From Phoronis australis (Eukaryota; Animalia; Phoronida), in assembly GCA_002633005.1 (NCBI GenBank), contig NMRA01000518.1, positions 244,842 to 308,841 of the forward strand: a stretch of DNA of 64,000 nt. Direction: 5' to 3'. Below the pieces are notes generated by a model. The model ran no database searches. It saw only the letters and a list, made by a program, of their open reading frames with translations, and was not told the origin of the DNA. This document shows positions 27,240 through 39,760 of this stretch, one piece after another (the first letter of the stretch is position 1; the number at the start of each line of letters is the position of its first letter). Both the position numbers and the translations under genes were made by a program.

Positions 27240-27955
27240 TCAATTGAGCTAGATCAACTTTTCTGGTAACCACTACCAACTGCCTTGGATACCTACTACG
27301 TAATCCACTGTATCAAAATTGGTCATTGCCAGACAATTTCAGTGGTGGGGAGTATCAGCCAGACGGTTAAACAACTAAGGTAAAATACTGAGCTAGATCA
27401 ATCCACCGACGACGTAACCGCATGAAACCAGTTGCAAAATATTCATCGTGAGCCCAGGTGGTCACGAATGAACACTGCCAGACAAATCTAGTGGTGGGTT
27501 AGCCTTGCCAAACACGCCCAAATACCCGAGTTGAGCTAGATCAATTCACCAGGCAACCCGTTTGAAACCATGTTTAGCATCACTGTACATGACACAAAAG
27601 TTAGACGCCAGACAATTTCAGTGGTGGGGTGCCCCTGAAGACCATTATCAAAAAGGGTTAAAATTGAGCTAGATCAAAACCAGTTCTAAAATATTTATCG
27701 TAAGCCCAGGTATCACGAATAAACACTACTAGACAAATCTAATGATGGGTTAGCCCCGCCAGACACGCCCAAATACTTGAGTTGAGCTAGATCAACCCAA
27801 GAGGTAACCGTGTGAAACCAGTTGCAAAATATTCTACATAAGCCCATGTAGCAGGAATAAACACTGCGAGACAAGTCTAGTGGTGGGTTAGCCCCACCTC
27901 ACACGATCAAATATCTGAGTTCGGCCAGATTTACCGTTTGAAACCATTTGCATAA
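27240..27955 (+). repeat. Degenerate tandem array, about 120-145-bp units, about 5 copies
   Basis: Recurrent tgagctagatcaa (27244, 27388, 27531, 27664, 27782) and ccagacaa..agtggtggg blocks. Confidence 0.85.
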
Positions 27956-28885
27956 TGTCGAGCAACATTCTGTATGCAACACAAGGTACTTCACAGACAT
28001 TTTAGCGATGGGGCAGTCGTAGCATGCGGAGGTTTGGTCGATGCAGGGGCGACTTTTTATTATACGCCCGTATACTACTCAAATGTATATATCCTATTCA
28101 GGCCCGTAGCCAGCGTTGAGCGGGGGTGGTTCGAATTTCAAGAACGGTGGACCTTAGGTATTTTGCAAACGTCGAACCGAGTACGACCCGATGACACGTG
28201 AAGCGCTTTGAATCAGAAGCAAATTCAAAATTCAACTAATGTAATTATCATTGAAGTTAGTTGCACCAGTGGCTGCAACAATTTTCTTGTTAATGTCTAT
28301 TCATATTCCATCTTTAACGAATATGCTGGGGCTGAACCTTTTCATCGGAGGAAGGGTTCGATAGAATACCCGAACCATTCCCCCCAGGCTACGGACCTGT
28401 ACTATTAATAATAAAAGTAAAAAGGTGAAGCATGAAGTAGAATCTTTACTTAATTCAACTGCATTTCAGTCACTGTTTCCAAAAAGATTATACATAGTGG
28501 TTGGATACCCCCTCCCCAAATGTCATGCCCGGAGCCGTCGCAAAGGTGACTGAGCACCATATACAACATCTATGAATAATTAATTCAAACGTGTTTTATA
28601 TTCACTATGAGGACAAAAAAGTGAACCGTTTAATGGCCCGCATATCTGTGTAAAAAAGCTAGGACCCAATTGGGCCCTAGCCTTATTACACGTGATTGTT
28701 AACGAATTCTGTTTGGGTTTTATCCAAATGTCTTGGTAACACCACAAATTTTTGATAACGATTCTACAGTAGGCCTTCTGCGTGAACAGCAAAAGTACAA
28801 TTGTTTTCCATAAGTTACAAAGGTCTGTTGTGTACCCGGGATTATGTTTATACTATTGAAAAAAGAAACGCACTAGTTACATCTC

Positions 28886-29120
28886 TATCGTGGGCCATTC
28901 GGGGGACAGTGTTGCCCGTAATTACGCTCGTAAAAAGATCAAAACTTCGGTCGTGTTTTACGACTGTAATCGTCCTACCCAATGAGTAGGTCACGTGAGC
29001 TCTGAAGAAATTATACTCTCGTATTTTTCGCTCGTGATTTTACTAGGTTCGTAATTTTACCCTCGTGGGGTGTTTTTTGCGCTCATGAAAAACAAGCGCA
29101 AGATTGAATGGCCCACGATA
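28886..29120. mobile_element. MITE
   Basis: 15-bp inverted repeat tatcgtgggccattc / gaatggcccacgata. Confidence 0.6.
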
Positions 29121-30762
29121 CGATGACGCTTTTCACGACCACATTTTTTGTTTGAGAACAGTTCACAAATCTTAGTATCTGCCAAATTTCGTATAAATCC
29201 AATCAATCATTTCTGAGATACGGTATCAATACCAGCGTAAAATTACAAGCGTACAACTTCTTCAGACCTACAAACCTATATCTTATCGGATATAACGATT
29301 GTAAAACACGAGCAAATTCTCTGTCATAATTATGGGCGACACTTTCCCCATGAACACTAGTTCAGACATACTTTGCACATCCCATGTCAACAGCGTGCGC
29401 ATCGCGCACTGACCACGAAGACTGATGTAAGATGGATAGATTAGCCGGGGAGACTGGCTGGGAAGTTTCTTACCAGTTTCCGTCTCAACGGACATCGATC
29501 ACCATCACATGAACAGTAAAGGAAGCAAGCGTCAGTGTGGCTTCGCTGCTTTTTACATACAACTAATTTCTAAAAGGTTACTAAACTTTTAAGCAATCCT
29601 CGTTCTGTCACCTGTTAATGCATCATTGTCGCCCATCTTCCAAGTCAAAGGCAGGAACCATCTAAAAACTCGTACTACCTTTGTTACAGATTCGACATTG
29701 GAGTCCTTGGCGGATGGTCTTTTCCCACACTGAGTTAAAAGCTAAAAGCTTAGGTCACTCTTGCAGATTTTAAAAAGAGTTTTCAATTTTTCCTCCACTG
29801 AAATGTCTAGTTGTCGAGAAAAACAAAACATTATTTTATTTCACAGAACAGGGTTGTTTTTTGTACAGTGTATCTGCTTATAGGCAAAAGCCGGGTTTGG
29901 TATCCTTTTGATATGTGAGGTTTTCGTGACTTAAAAATCTGCAGCTTCGAATGAAGATAATACACTGATTTGAGATAGCTTTTAAACTGCCTCAAACCTC
30001 GGAGCGACATTTATGGCATTTTGAAACACGCCAAAACATCGCCTCAGTCTGAGCTCCTCAAAAGTTTCTCCTTACTAAATAAAAAATTGAGCGTTGCTAA
30101 TTAGAGGATTTGTTCTATCTATACTAAAGGAAGCGTACTCTTCAATTGAAGAAGTGCATGGCATGACCACAACTGTTTTGTAGCTGTTCAAATAGGTCTA
30201 CTTTCCTCTGATCGACACGTCACGGACTGTCCCCTTTCAAAGGCCCACCCAGGAGGCGACTCGCTGCCCTACGTTTGCGGCAACAGGAGAGAGAAACTGA
30301 ATCCACCACAACAGGACGTAGCTGCAGTGCCGTATCAAAAAGCGAAAGCATAATTGGGCTTCTACGATACTAAATAATGAAAACCTCGAATTAACGGAAA
30401 AAAACAACAAAAAACCCCAGGGAATGTTAGCAAAAATTTGACGACAGTCTAGCTAATTTGCGAGAGTAGTATCGATTTCATGAAAGTAAAAATCCATGCA
30501 TCTTATTTATTAACTTATATTAGAAAACATCGCACCATGAGAAAGTATGTTAGTCATAAATCAATCCAGAAAGATAAAAAAATCGATAAAGTGCACCATG
30601 TGAGACAAGTTGGAACGATTTTGTCGTCATTTCACGATAAGATTTTACAATGATAAGAAATACCTCGTGACCAAGCCATTGTTTAGTCTAAGTATTTTAG
30701 GCCACGAAAAGTAATGCGTTAAATAGACCGTGGCGATCGTTTCAAACGCTTTGATTGAAAAC

Positions 30763-30930
30763 ATGGACACCTCCCTCGATATGAAGAAAGTTATCCTACT
30801 TGGAAACAAGGGTGTTGGCAAAAGTACATTGTTTAAAACGTTCGCTGGAATATCCGTCTCTAACCCGAAATCGATGAATGAGTTAAGAACAGACCAACAC
30901 CAAAAGGCATTCAGAGACCATCAAATTTCA
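30763..30930 (+). CDS. Rab-like small GTPase, exon 1 (P-loop)
   Basis: MDTSLDMKKVILLGNKGVGKSTLF: G1 motif GxxGVGKS after a KVILLG strand; phase-0 donor TCA|gtatgt at 30931. Confidence 0.85.
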
Positions 30931-31091
30931 GTATGTATGATAGCGAGCATGGTACGATAACATAGGGGGTTGGGGGAGGGGCTATAGCCCACTTTTTTCA
31001 GTGCTGCGTGGCCCATGGTCTATGGCCGGTGCATCACAAAGGGACTGGGGTCTATAGCCCCCACTTTTTTCAGTGCTGCGCCACCCGATAC

Positions 31092-31451
31092 GGGCCCGGG
31101 GTCCAACATTTGTACTCGAAATGGAACTCGAAGTTATTTTTGACATTTTGTGCAAACTCAAGCTGAGTATATTATATTCTGAGCTTCAACAGGATTGTGT
31201 AATCTTGGCTTGCACTTGATGACCCCAGGCCTAGCGATCTAAGTTTGGAGTTTGAACTCGACCTTTCGAGTTTTTCTTGAAACCTTGAGCTTTAACTTGA
31301 GTTTGCAGCTCGCGTCTAAGCGTCGTCAGCACTCACCTGCATAAACGATAACATACTTGATATAATAGTTACTTATCTTGACTTCGTATTAAAGTAGAAT
31401 GTAAAATGTCGAAATTAATTTCAGTTCGAGTTCGTGTACAAAGGAGAGCCC
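31092..31451. mobile_element. Harbinger-like MITE in the Rab intron
   Basis: GGGCCC...GAGCCC ends with repeated ctcgaa/ttcgag subterminal motifs; a related left end occurs at about 57374-57515. Confidence 0.5.
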
Positions 31452-32701
31452 TGACTGAAATGAACTTAGTATTTGTTTTATTCTATAGGACGTTCTGAAC
31501 TTACCTTCTGTAAAAACTGAGTCAAGATTTAGGAAGCAGTTCCTGGTCTGCAGCAGAACGACTGTTCCTTTTTGTGTGAAACCAAGCCGAGCAAGTTAGC
31601 TTGGCACCATTGGTCGATTCATGCGCTGAGCCTGGTCGCAAATAATTACGAATTTCAAAACAAAACATACTGATTGGTGTCTTGTCATTCCTAATCAAAA
31701 TGCATACAATCAGCGCTGTTAGTGAGTGGCAGTTGACTTGTGCATTATGGGAAGTCTCTCAATGTAATAAGGTTTTCGCAGAAAGCCTCCCACTTCAATT
31801 GTATAAATTAGTAGCAAAACAAGGAAAGCCCAAAAAGGGCTGAAAGTTACGAAATGTTTATATACTTGTGATATATTTTGAGAGACGAAAATCCCCCGTG
31901 TTCTAAATTTGTGAACGTAAGGGAAAAAACATCTTTGATGTCCGCATTATTTATATCAAACGTTATTTGAGCGAAATGGCCAGTGTGTTTAGCTTAGTGC
32001 ATTTTATTCTTGCGTGGATAAGAACGGGAAATAAAAGCGCTATGTGTGGACGGGGAAATGTTGCAGACGTGTGGAGAAGACCAATGGAGTTGTTATATTC
32101 AGTATCATGCCATTAGTTAAAGCGATATGACGTTGCAGTCACGAGGATAAGCGAATCGTGTTTTGGGTCTGTTTTAAGAGTAATGACAGCTATTCCTATT
32201 TGTTTTTAAGGTAATTGGTTCCCTACTAAAAGGTCAGTGATTCGCAATCCCCCTGAAGCTTGATTGTAGTTTATACATAGCATATACCCTGCCAACCGTG
32301 TAATGGTAGTGCTGCGATTGTTAGGTAGCGACCAAAAAAGCACAGTTGGTTCTGGGCTGTTCCTCAACCCATTGTGAGACTTGCGCTCACCGACTAAGAA
32401 CAGTACCCCGATCGACTCAGTTTCAGCCAAGGTTTCCTGTTTATTTTGGAAAACCTGCACAAAGGCACAAAACCAAGAACAAGCAAGGTTTGAAACGTTA
32501 AGACTTGCTAAGCGATGAGCGATGAGTAAAAAAATCCCGAATTATTTTTCTCGTCTCTGGTGGATGTTCATTTTTTTAAAGTTGGTCATTAAAACAATAG
32601 CGCACCATTGACTCGATTTTCAAAAAACACAGACCAGTATCACTCAATGCTTTTTTGGTCTAAGACGACCTGCTGAAATTAAACAAAAAATTTCATTGCA
32701 G

Positions 32702-33253
32702 ATTTGGTTATGGGACACTGCTGGAATGGAACGCGCATGCTGCTTGACTGATTCATACTACCGCGATAGTGTCGCCGCCCTGCTAGTATTTGATCGCACT
32801 TGCAGAGAGACGTTAAATGACTTGAACCTGACATGGTTAGACGCCATCGAAAGTAATAAGCCAGGAGCACAGTTGTTTCTTGTGGCAACAAAACAGGATG
32901 TAGTTAATCGGAGGCGGCGTGGGTCCGGTGGTGGCGTTCTGGATTACGTCACCACTCACGAAGTGGATAACTTTGTCTTCCAAACTGGTGGTGACAGGTT
33001 TTCGGGAGTTTATTATTTGAATTCTAAGGACAAGAATGCAGTTGATGGAATGTTTAGAGATATTGCTGATAAAGTAAAACATTATAAACGAGAGAAACAC
33101 GAAGAAACATTATCAGAGACAGGCTTTCAGTTACGACATTTCGACGATTCTCCTGCAAAAACTGACTGTCTTAGAGACACATTCAACGTTGTGCTGTCGT
33201 CTGCTCAGAGTTTGGCAGTATCTGCCAGACGATCGTTCTTTCAAAATAATTAA
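32702..33253 (+). CDS. Rab-like small GTPase, exon 2 (G3-G5 and C-terminus)
   Basis: Acceptor tttcattgcag|ATT; WDTAGMER (G3), YYR, LLVFD, LVATKQD (G4), LNSK (G5-like); joins exon 1 in frame to give about 239 aa. Confidence 0.88.
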   Translation: MWLWDTAGMERACCLTDSYYRDSVAALLVFDRTCRETLNDLNLTWLDAIESNKPGAQLFLVATKQDVVNRRRRGSGGGVLDYVTTHEVDNFVFQTGGDRFSGVYYLNSKDKNAVDGMFRDIADKVKHYKREKHEETLSETGFQLRHFDDSPAKTDCLRDTFNVVLSSAQSLAVSARRSFFQNN

Positions 33254-33417
33254 CATTTCAACGTTGTGCTGTCGTCTGCTCAGAGTTTGGCAGTATCTAC
33301 CAGACGATCGTTCTTTCAAAATAATTAACATTTCAACGTTGTGCTGTCAGCTGTTCAGAGTTTGGCAGTATCTGCCAGACGGTCGTTCTTTCAAAATAAT
33401 TAACATTTCAACGTTGT
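33182..33417 (+). repeat. 75-bp tandem repeat x3 spanning the Rab-like stop codon
   Basis: caacgttg recurs at 33184, 33259, 33334 and 33409. Confidence 0.95.
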
Positions 33418-34992
33418 AATTTGACAGCATTCACAGCAATCAACAATTTTGAATAGTACAAAATCGTGCTTTTTGGATGACCTATGTTGTGTCCTGAGAG
33501 CGACGGAAGTCTTGCCAGTTACTTCATAATATGGTTGTGGAGAAGTGTGGTTGTGTGGTCCGGGAAACATCGAATTGTTTTCGATGACATTCAAGCAGAA
33601 ACTTTTCGATTCTGGTATTCAAGCAGACAAGCAAAAATTGACTGATATGGAATGTGAAGGCTTTTTAATCTGCCTGAACACTGTCTTGCTTAAAAAGTTT
33701 ACTTGGAAAATTTCGATGATCAGTGCCCAAGCTTTGTACAAAGATGTGATACATAGAATCCATGACACTTGCACTATGGGACTAATTGAGACTGAGGTGC
33801 AATTTTTTGTCTGTTCCCGATTCTCAAGAATCTCAGAGCAAATTTGCTGCCTGAGTTGTTCCACGCTAGTAGACAGACTACGACAATGCTGTATGATTTT
33901 CAAAGACAATGATCCTATATAGTGTGATAGAGCGGCTTGTTCTGTACATTGATAAAGCAGCGGAACTGGGAGATGAAGTGATGTCGCGCTAACTGTCTGT
34001 TTATCACCATCACCATCATCTTCACCATCATTATTATTGTTGTTATCACCCCCACCACCATCATTTTTATGTTGAATGTGTCTTAAATGGACAAATGTCT
34101 CGCCAGATTTCGCCTAGGCTAAGCAAAGGTTTTCTACCTGTTTTGTTCAACATGATACCTTATATGTATTAGAGTATACACGAGGTGTTTTCTTATAGGC
34201 ATAAATGACGGCACGTGGACAAAATGTGGACTTGTGGTGTTGAAAACCAACGCAACAAACTTATGGTCGTACTCAAAACACCGAGTCACATTTTCAACCC
34301 TGCATGTTTGTGCACTGTCAAAAAAAGGACGGGATTACATTGATCTCATATATTATCTGTTATATTGTTTGTTGTCATTTTTGTCCTTTATTACTCAGAT
34401 AACACAGAATTGACTTGAAACTTGTTCCTCGGTTGTGGTTTCAATCAAAAATAAAATCTAGTTCGTCGATATGTTTCTTGATATCACGTTCGTGTGACCA
34501 CAGTGGCGCTGCAAATTTTATTCCCAATGGCTGTTTTGGCGAGCCGAGTCAACCAACTGGTTGTCGATCACGACTTCCGGTTTATAGACTAATCAGATAT
34601 CTTAGCCGGTTGTTCCGGTGGAGTCAATCAAATGCTGCCAATGCGCTGCGAAGGAAGGTATGCAATCGCGGACGCCTACAGAAATGCCCATAATCTCAGA
34701 AGTGGCTGATTGGATTCTGATGAAACTTCCATATACTATGTTTATGTGCCGTTCTTTGAACTTAAGTCAGAAGTTGTTTTTAAAATGCTCTACTTTTGCA
34801 AGAAGGGCTATCAGACTAGGGTCTTTATGAAAAAATCAAAAATTGCATAAAATGACAAAGAATTAAATTTTAAAAAACTTTTGGTCATGTTATTGATACC
34901 GTAGTTTTGCTATTAAACCTTTTTTACTAGAAAGACATGATCACTTGGCCCAGTTACTGGGAGATTGTACTTAACGCAAAAGTCAAAGTTCT

Positions 34993-35162
34993 AGTGGTAG
35001 TAGTGGTGGTGGTGGTGGTGGTATTAGTGGTGATGGTATTAGTGGTGGTGGTATTAGTGGTGGTGGTATTAGTGGTGGTGGTAGTAGTGGTGGTGGTATT
35101 AGTGGTGGTGGTATTAGTGGTGGTGGTATTAGTGGTAGTGGTAGTAGTGGTGGTGGTAGTGT
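34993..35162 (+). repeat. (GTG/GTA/TTA)n trinucleotide microsatellite
   Basis: Directly visible; explains the poly-Val ORF. Confidence 0.95.
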
Positions 35163-36170
35163 TATTAACCGAGTTTATTAAGCTTATTTAACTGTTGACG
35201 TCATCGGCCTCGACTTCAGTTGAATGGAATGTGTGGTAGCCAACATCGGGAATAGGCTGTTTTTAATAAAATTAGAAAACTCATCGCATTTTACTGCTTT
35301 GTACCTCTATTTGAGGCCAACAAGTTCAACTACACTACTGTCTTACCAAACAACAATTGTATACATTCATTTTTCTGTTCCTTTAAACAAAGATAGAGAT
35401 GAATGTTGAAAATAACACCAAAAATAAATTGCCGTAACAACAGAAAAACTTCAGTATCCCTTCAGTATAACTTCAGCTTTAGCTACAATATATTTTCATT
35501 CTAAGTCAGTGTTAGAAGACGTGGCCTATGCTACATCTATCCCCTGAAATCATCTGTACGCAATAGAGCACGGTTGAACACACCGGAAATGCACCTAGTA
35601 TCGAAAGTTGCGTTTTTTTAAGTTTAAAAAGCTGCTCTTTTGTTTAACTTTTCCGGTCATGTGATGACGTAGTTTCAAATAAAGGCACTTATTTCTTCAC
35701 AGCTGTCTTTTACGTAATAGTTCTTTGTTCCATCCGGTGGGTTCACTTAACTTCATTAGCTTGTTTGCGCTCAGACGATCAAGACGTGTTTCTGGTCAGT
35801 TTTCACAACTTGTTTTCCCGCCTCATACCCTCCCATTTCATAGTACTTTTACTGCAAAAGTTTCCTCTATCTATTCATGGTATATTTTAGAGTCTCCATT
35901 TCGTGCATGTTTATGACAATTTTTGTCGCCCATGTTTGTTATGTTAGAAAAATAGTCATATTTACCTATTGCACTATTAGTTGTGTACATTATTTCTTTA
36001 TCTTACAATAAACATCTCAACCATATTCCATTTTCTAACTTTCAAGGTTAGCTGGAACCACCGCATCAACAAAATATTGTTCTAGATAAATGCTGTATTC
36101 CTTTGGGCTACGCATATTGCGTGCTCCAAAAAATCCAGAAGGGTCTAAGTCATCAGACGACCCCTTCACC

Positions 36171-36479
36171 CTAACCAACAGCAAAGGGTTTCCAGTCTTC
36201 GACCTCCATGCTCAAGTAGCCGTCGTCCGACAGAGGGCTGGTGCAGACAGTAGAATTCTCATCCATCATATAGTTGGAGTTACAGTCAAAATCCAACGGA
36301 TATTCCGTTACAACTCGTGTTGTGCCTCCAGGTATCGCAACGGTAGTACTTTTCACCATCGTGCCGAGGCAAGAGTTCATGTGATCCGCAAGTTGTTTTC
36401 TCAATCGGCAGTTTTCCTTTTTGTACTGTTCGTTGACATATTTCAGAACTGTGTTTTCAGAGCGCAGGTTACAGAGTTC
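36171..36479 (-). CDS. bZIP paralog B, exon 2 (leucine zipper + acidic C-tail): ELCNLRSENTVLKYVNEQYKKENCRLRKQLADHMNSCLG...
   Basis: Acceptor ctttgttgtag|GAA, in frame with ORF 36171..36404; strong identity to paralog A (VNEQYKKEN..LRKQLADHM.SC). Confidence 0.8.
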   Translation of the reverse strand, partial: ELCNLRSENTVLKYVNEQYKKENCRLRKQLADHMNSCLGTMVKSTTVAIPGGTTRVVTEYPLDFDCNSNYMMDENSTVCTSPLSDDGYLSMEVEDWKPFAVG

Positions 36480-37619
36480 CTACAACAAAGCATTTGCTTT
36501 GAGACTTAGGAAAGTACGTATGTTTTGTCGTTTGTAGTCAATAAGACCACTCTAGTGAGATTTTCACCATTTAATTATCAAAAGGTCAGTTGCTTGATCA
36601 CAGGCACGAGGCTGCTTTTCACAGGAATAACGTAAATCGAACTTTTGATTTTGACTACTTACTGTTATGATGCTGATGTCGTCTCGTTCTCTGCACAGAA
36701 TAGAAATAATTTCTCGGCTTAAAAGGCAAAGTAATTCTTTTGATGTTACCTTTAGTAAAGTAAAGATCAATTGTTATCTTGAACAAGCAATTCCTCTGTT
36801 AATTACTACTTTCTTCGTGTGTATTTACTGTCTGTGGAACAAGAAAAACGAAACTAAAACGCTTTCAGCACATCTTCGCTTTTGGGTTGAAAACTGTCAC
36901 TTTTGTGAACTTTGCCGACTAGGTTGCTGCGAGTATAAAAGCGAAAAACGCACTTTGAATGCAAGTGTTTTAAACTCTGCACAGGCTTTTTATATGGTCA
37001 GTACCTGGATAAGTTTCATATGTTGCGGTTTTGTTATAGAAAAGAAATAAACTACTTTCCCTCAGTTCGCCCTGCCTAGGGAGACAAAAAATGAGGAAAA
37101 ACTGCTGAACATAGGGGGATCCATGGTGTCAAGCGTGGTCGGATCCCTCTTTTTCCCTTGATCAAATCCAGAATTTTCAAATTGTGGACTTGGACAACCC
37201 CTTTTTAAATACATCCTTGATCCGACCCCTCTTTCTAAAAATCCTGCATCCGCCCCTGTTGAGTGCCCCCCGTTGTTGTAAATTTATGAAACGAAAACAA
37301 GGAGTTAGGGAGCGGTATTGGGTTCATGATCCGCAATTCTTAGCTAAGGTGGGTTGTGACCTAAATCGAAAGCATAGATGAAAAGCGCGGGGAAATAACT
37401 CTTTACCATATATATTGTAAACGGGAGATCATCGGTCTTCGCCACACTGATTGTGCTGAGTGAATTACGTCAGGCAAGCAGCGCTGTTTGGTCTGACGAG
37501 GAGAAACATTGGGTATACATTCACTCCTATGCAAGAGGTATACTAGTTTCACCCCTACAACTATGGCGTTATGTGTGGTGACTGTGCTATGTCGGACATC
37601 ATTACAAACCCAGCCAAAC

Positions 37620-37730
37620 CTCTTTCATCTCTTTTTCTTGTTCTCTTTTCTTCATGCGATACTTCGAAGACGACTCTCTGCGCTTGTTTAACATATCGTC
37701 GTCAATCTTTGAATTTGCATTCGATAGCAT
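37620..37730 (-). CDS. bZIP paralog B, exon 1 (basic region): MLSNANSKIDDDMLNKRRESSSKYRMKKREQEKEMKE
   Basis: ATG at 37730 preceded by an in-frame stop; 37 codons; phase-0 donor GAG|gtttgg; YRxKKR basic motif with correct spacing to the zipper. Confidence 0.8.
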
Positions 37731-39479
37731 ACTGACGCAACTTTTTTAACAGTTAATTCTCGGGAATGGCGTTTGTTGAAAATCAATAAGCTAAAAATAG
37801 CATTCCTGGTTTTCCCCCCACATCGTTTCGATGTCTTTATTTCAAAATCAGCCGCATGAAACGGTGGCTGTACGGTCTTATAGCTCAGCTTAGAGAAAAA
37901 ATACTTCAGAATTAACTTTGTAAAATGTTTTAAGAGAACAAGTATGTGGATGTTGGGCGCATATTGTCGTTATTCTGTCCCGTAGTCCGGTTATTAGTTC
38001 GATATCTCAAAAACTCCTCCCATTTTGATATTACTAGCTTGTAGGACATCATTACGGCTGTGAATGCTACTTCATTTGTCCCTCCTGACCCTCCCGGGGT
38101 CAGGGAGTTGTGACGTTTTCAGTATTTTGGAGGAAGAACGGATTGAAGGATTTCGATGACATTTGTCACGATGTCCGCGTACCCTCATAAATGTCTTTAG
38201 TTTCGTCTACTTTTTTCTTTAAGCAATCTCAGTTTATTAATGAGCTCTGCTCACTTCAAGCAGAACTAATTCATTTTCCTAAAACTTTGTGCTATCAAGC
38301 TGAGCCTCCACTCTTTTCACTATAAGCCAACTCGATTCTATCACATCTTGAGAAAATGATAATTCTTCGGTACATCCAGATTATTGCACACCTACAGTAA
38401 CTATTTCACATTATTTGTTGCCTATCACTTTACACTCGTTTTAAAACCTGGTAATCCATCAGATGTCCTTATGAGAAGTAACCAGCTTCCAAAACTCTGG
38501 GTTTTCATTCGCCGTTCTCAGTGAGCGGGCCACAGTTATATTTGTAGCGCTGGTCCCAAAACTCCTGCTATGCAAGTTCAAACATGCGATCCGAAGATGC
38601 GAGAATCTCGCGGAAACACAAGATCACATAATGCTTCGCGAAATAGTGTCATGTAGCACAAGCTAAGCCCGTGAGCACACAAGCTTCCTTAGCTAGATTC
38701 TTGCGTTTACGAAATTTTACCCAGGTGTTACCAGATCCTGAACTGCATGTACAAAGTCGGCTGGGATCTCAAGATTATTAGTGCGTGGCCGTTTTCTTTC
38801 TCAGGGTGACGTTGAGAAAAACCTTGATCCTAATAATAATGGAAGATGTAAAGTTTGTGTTTCCAAACACAAGCAGCATTAAAGCCAATGGAATGTCATG
38901 ATTTCATAATTAAAAAACCTCGGTTTGCCCGTGATTGCTGAGGTTTTCGAAACTTACACAGAAACGCAAAATGGCTCCTGATTTCCTTATTCCAGACTAC
39001 ACTGCAGCCGATCACAGTAACAATGGTTGGGGTGGCCGGATACTATGTACTCTGCGGTATACATTATGCTCTGACAAAATTATTCCACAGTTTGACATCT
39101 GATCGACAGAAGTTCACATCGAAAAGCAGACTATAGACTTTAGTTTCGCTCAAGATCTCAGTCACCATCTGAAAGAAAAGTGTATTCCAAAGCATGTCCT
39201 AGGCGGTTTTTGGGGTTCACCCGTAAGACCTAAATGGTAATTACAAATGGAGATTTTAACGCTCTAAATGCCATTTGTAAGACCCAAGGAAAATGTTCAA
39301 AATTGGCTACCTTCCTTCGGAGCATCATGTCTCTGATAGAATTCACATGGAACTATCAGACACTATGCTTTATGCATGTGCACTATTCGTCAAAACGCCA
39401 TTAGGAAGAGTTTTCAATTTGTTCCACTTTTGTATGAGGGACTGTCAAACTAAGACCTTGTGATTTTCATGAAAAACTC

Positions 39480-39760
39480 TTACGTTAGATAAAACGTAAA
39501 ATAAATACCATTTTAGAAAACTGTTAACAAAGTTTTTGAGATCTCATCTTGAACACTTACATCAAATAAAAATTGATCATGCTATTGATACCACAGTTTT
39601 GTCATCACTGCACTTCTCTTTTTTGCTAATTTTTACTAAAAAGTTACGGTCGCGTGACCCAATAAGTTGGTAAAAAGTTAAAAAATCAAAGTCTACAGGC
39701 TGACTGCTTTCAGAAAATAAATACTTATAATCTATAGTCTTGTAAATATGTGGCTAAATA
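39480..39760 (+). repeat. Dispersed unclassified repeat family (copies at about 34830-34990, 49230-49500 and inverted about 61960-62090)
   Basis: Shared blocks such as gatcatgctattgatacc..gttttg and catgatcac.tgacc. Confidence 0.55.

Noticed and set aside
27240-27955. CRISPR-like repeat/spacer appearance
   Set aside because: Eukaryotic context, the 'spacers' are homologous to each other, and there are no cas genes.
34937-35191. 84-aa poly-Val ORF
   Set aside because: Translation of a (GTG)n microsatellite.
36090-36509. Plus-strand 139-aa ORF (and similar plus ORFs at 16528-16758 and 41425-41676)
   Set aside because: Antisense shadows of the minus-strand bZIP zipper exons.
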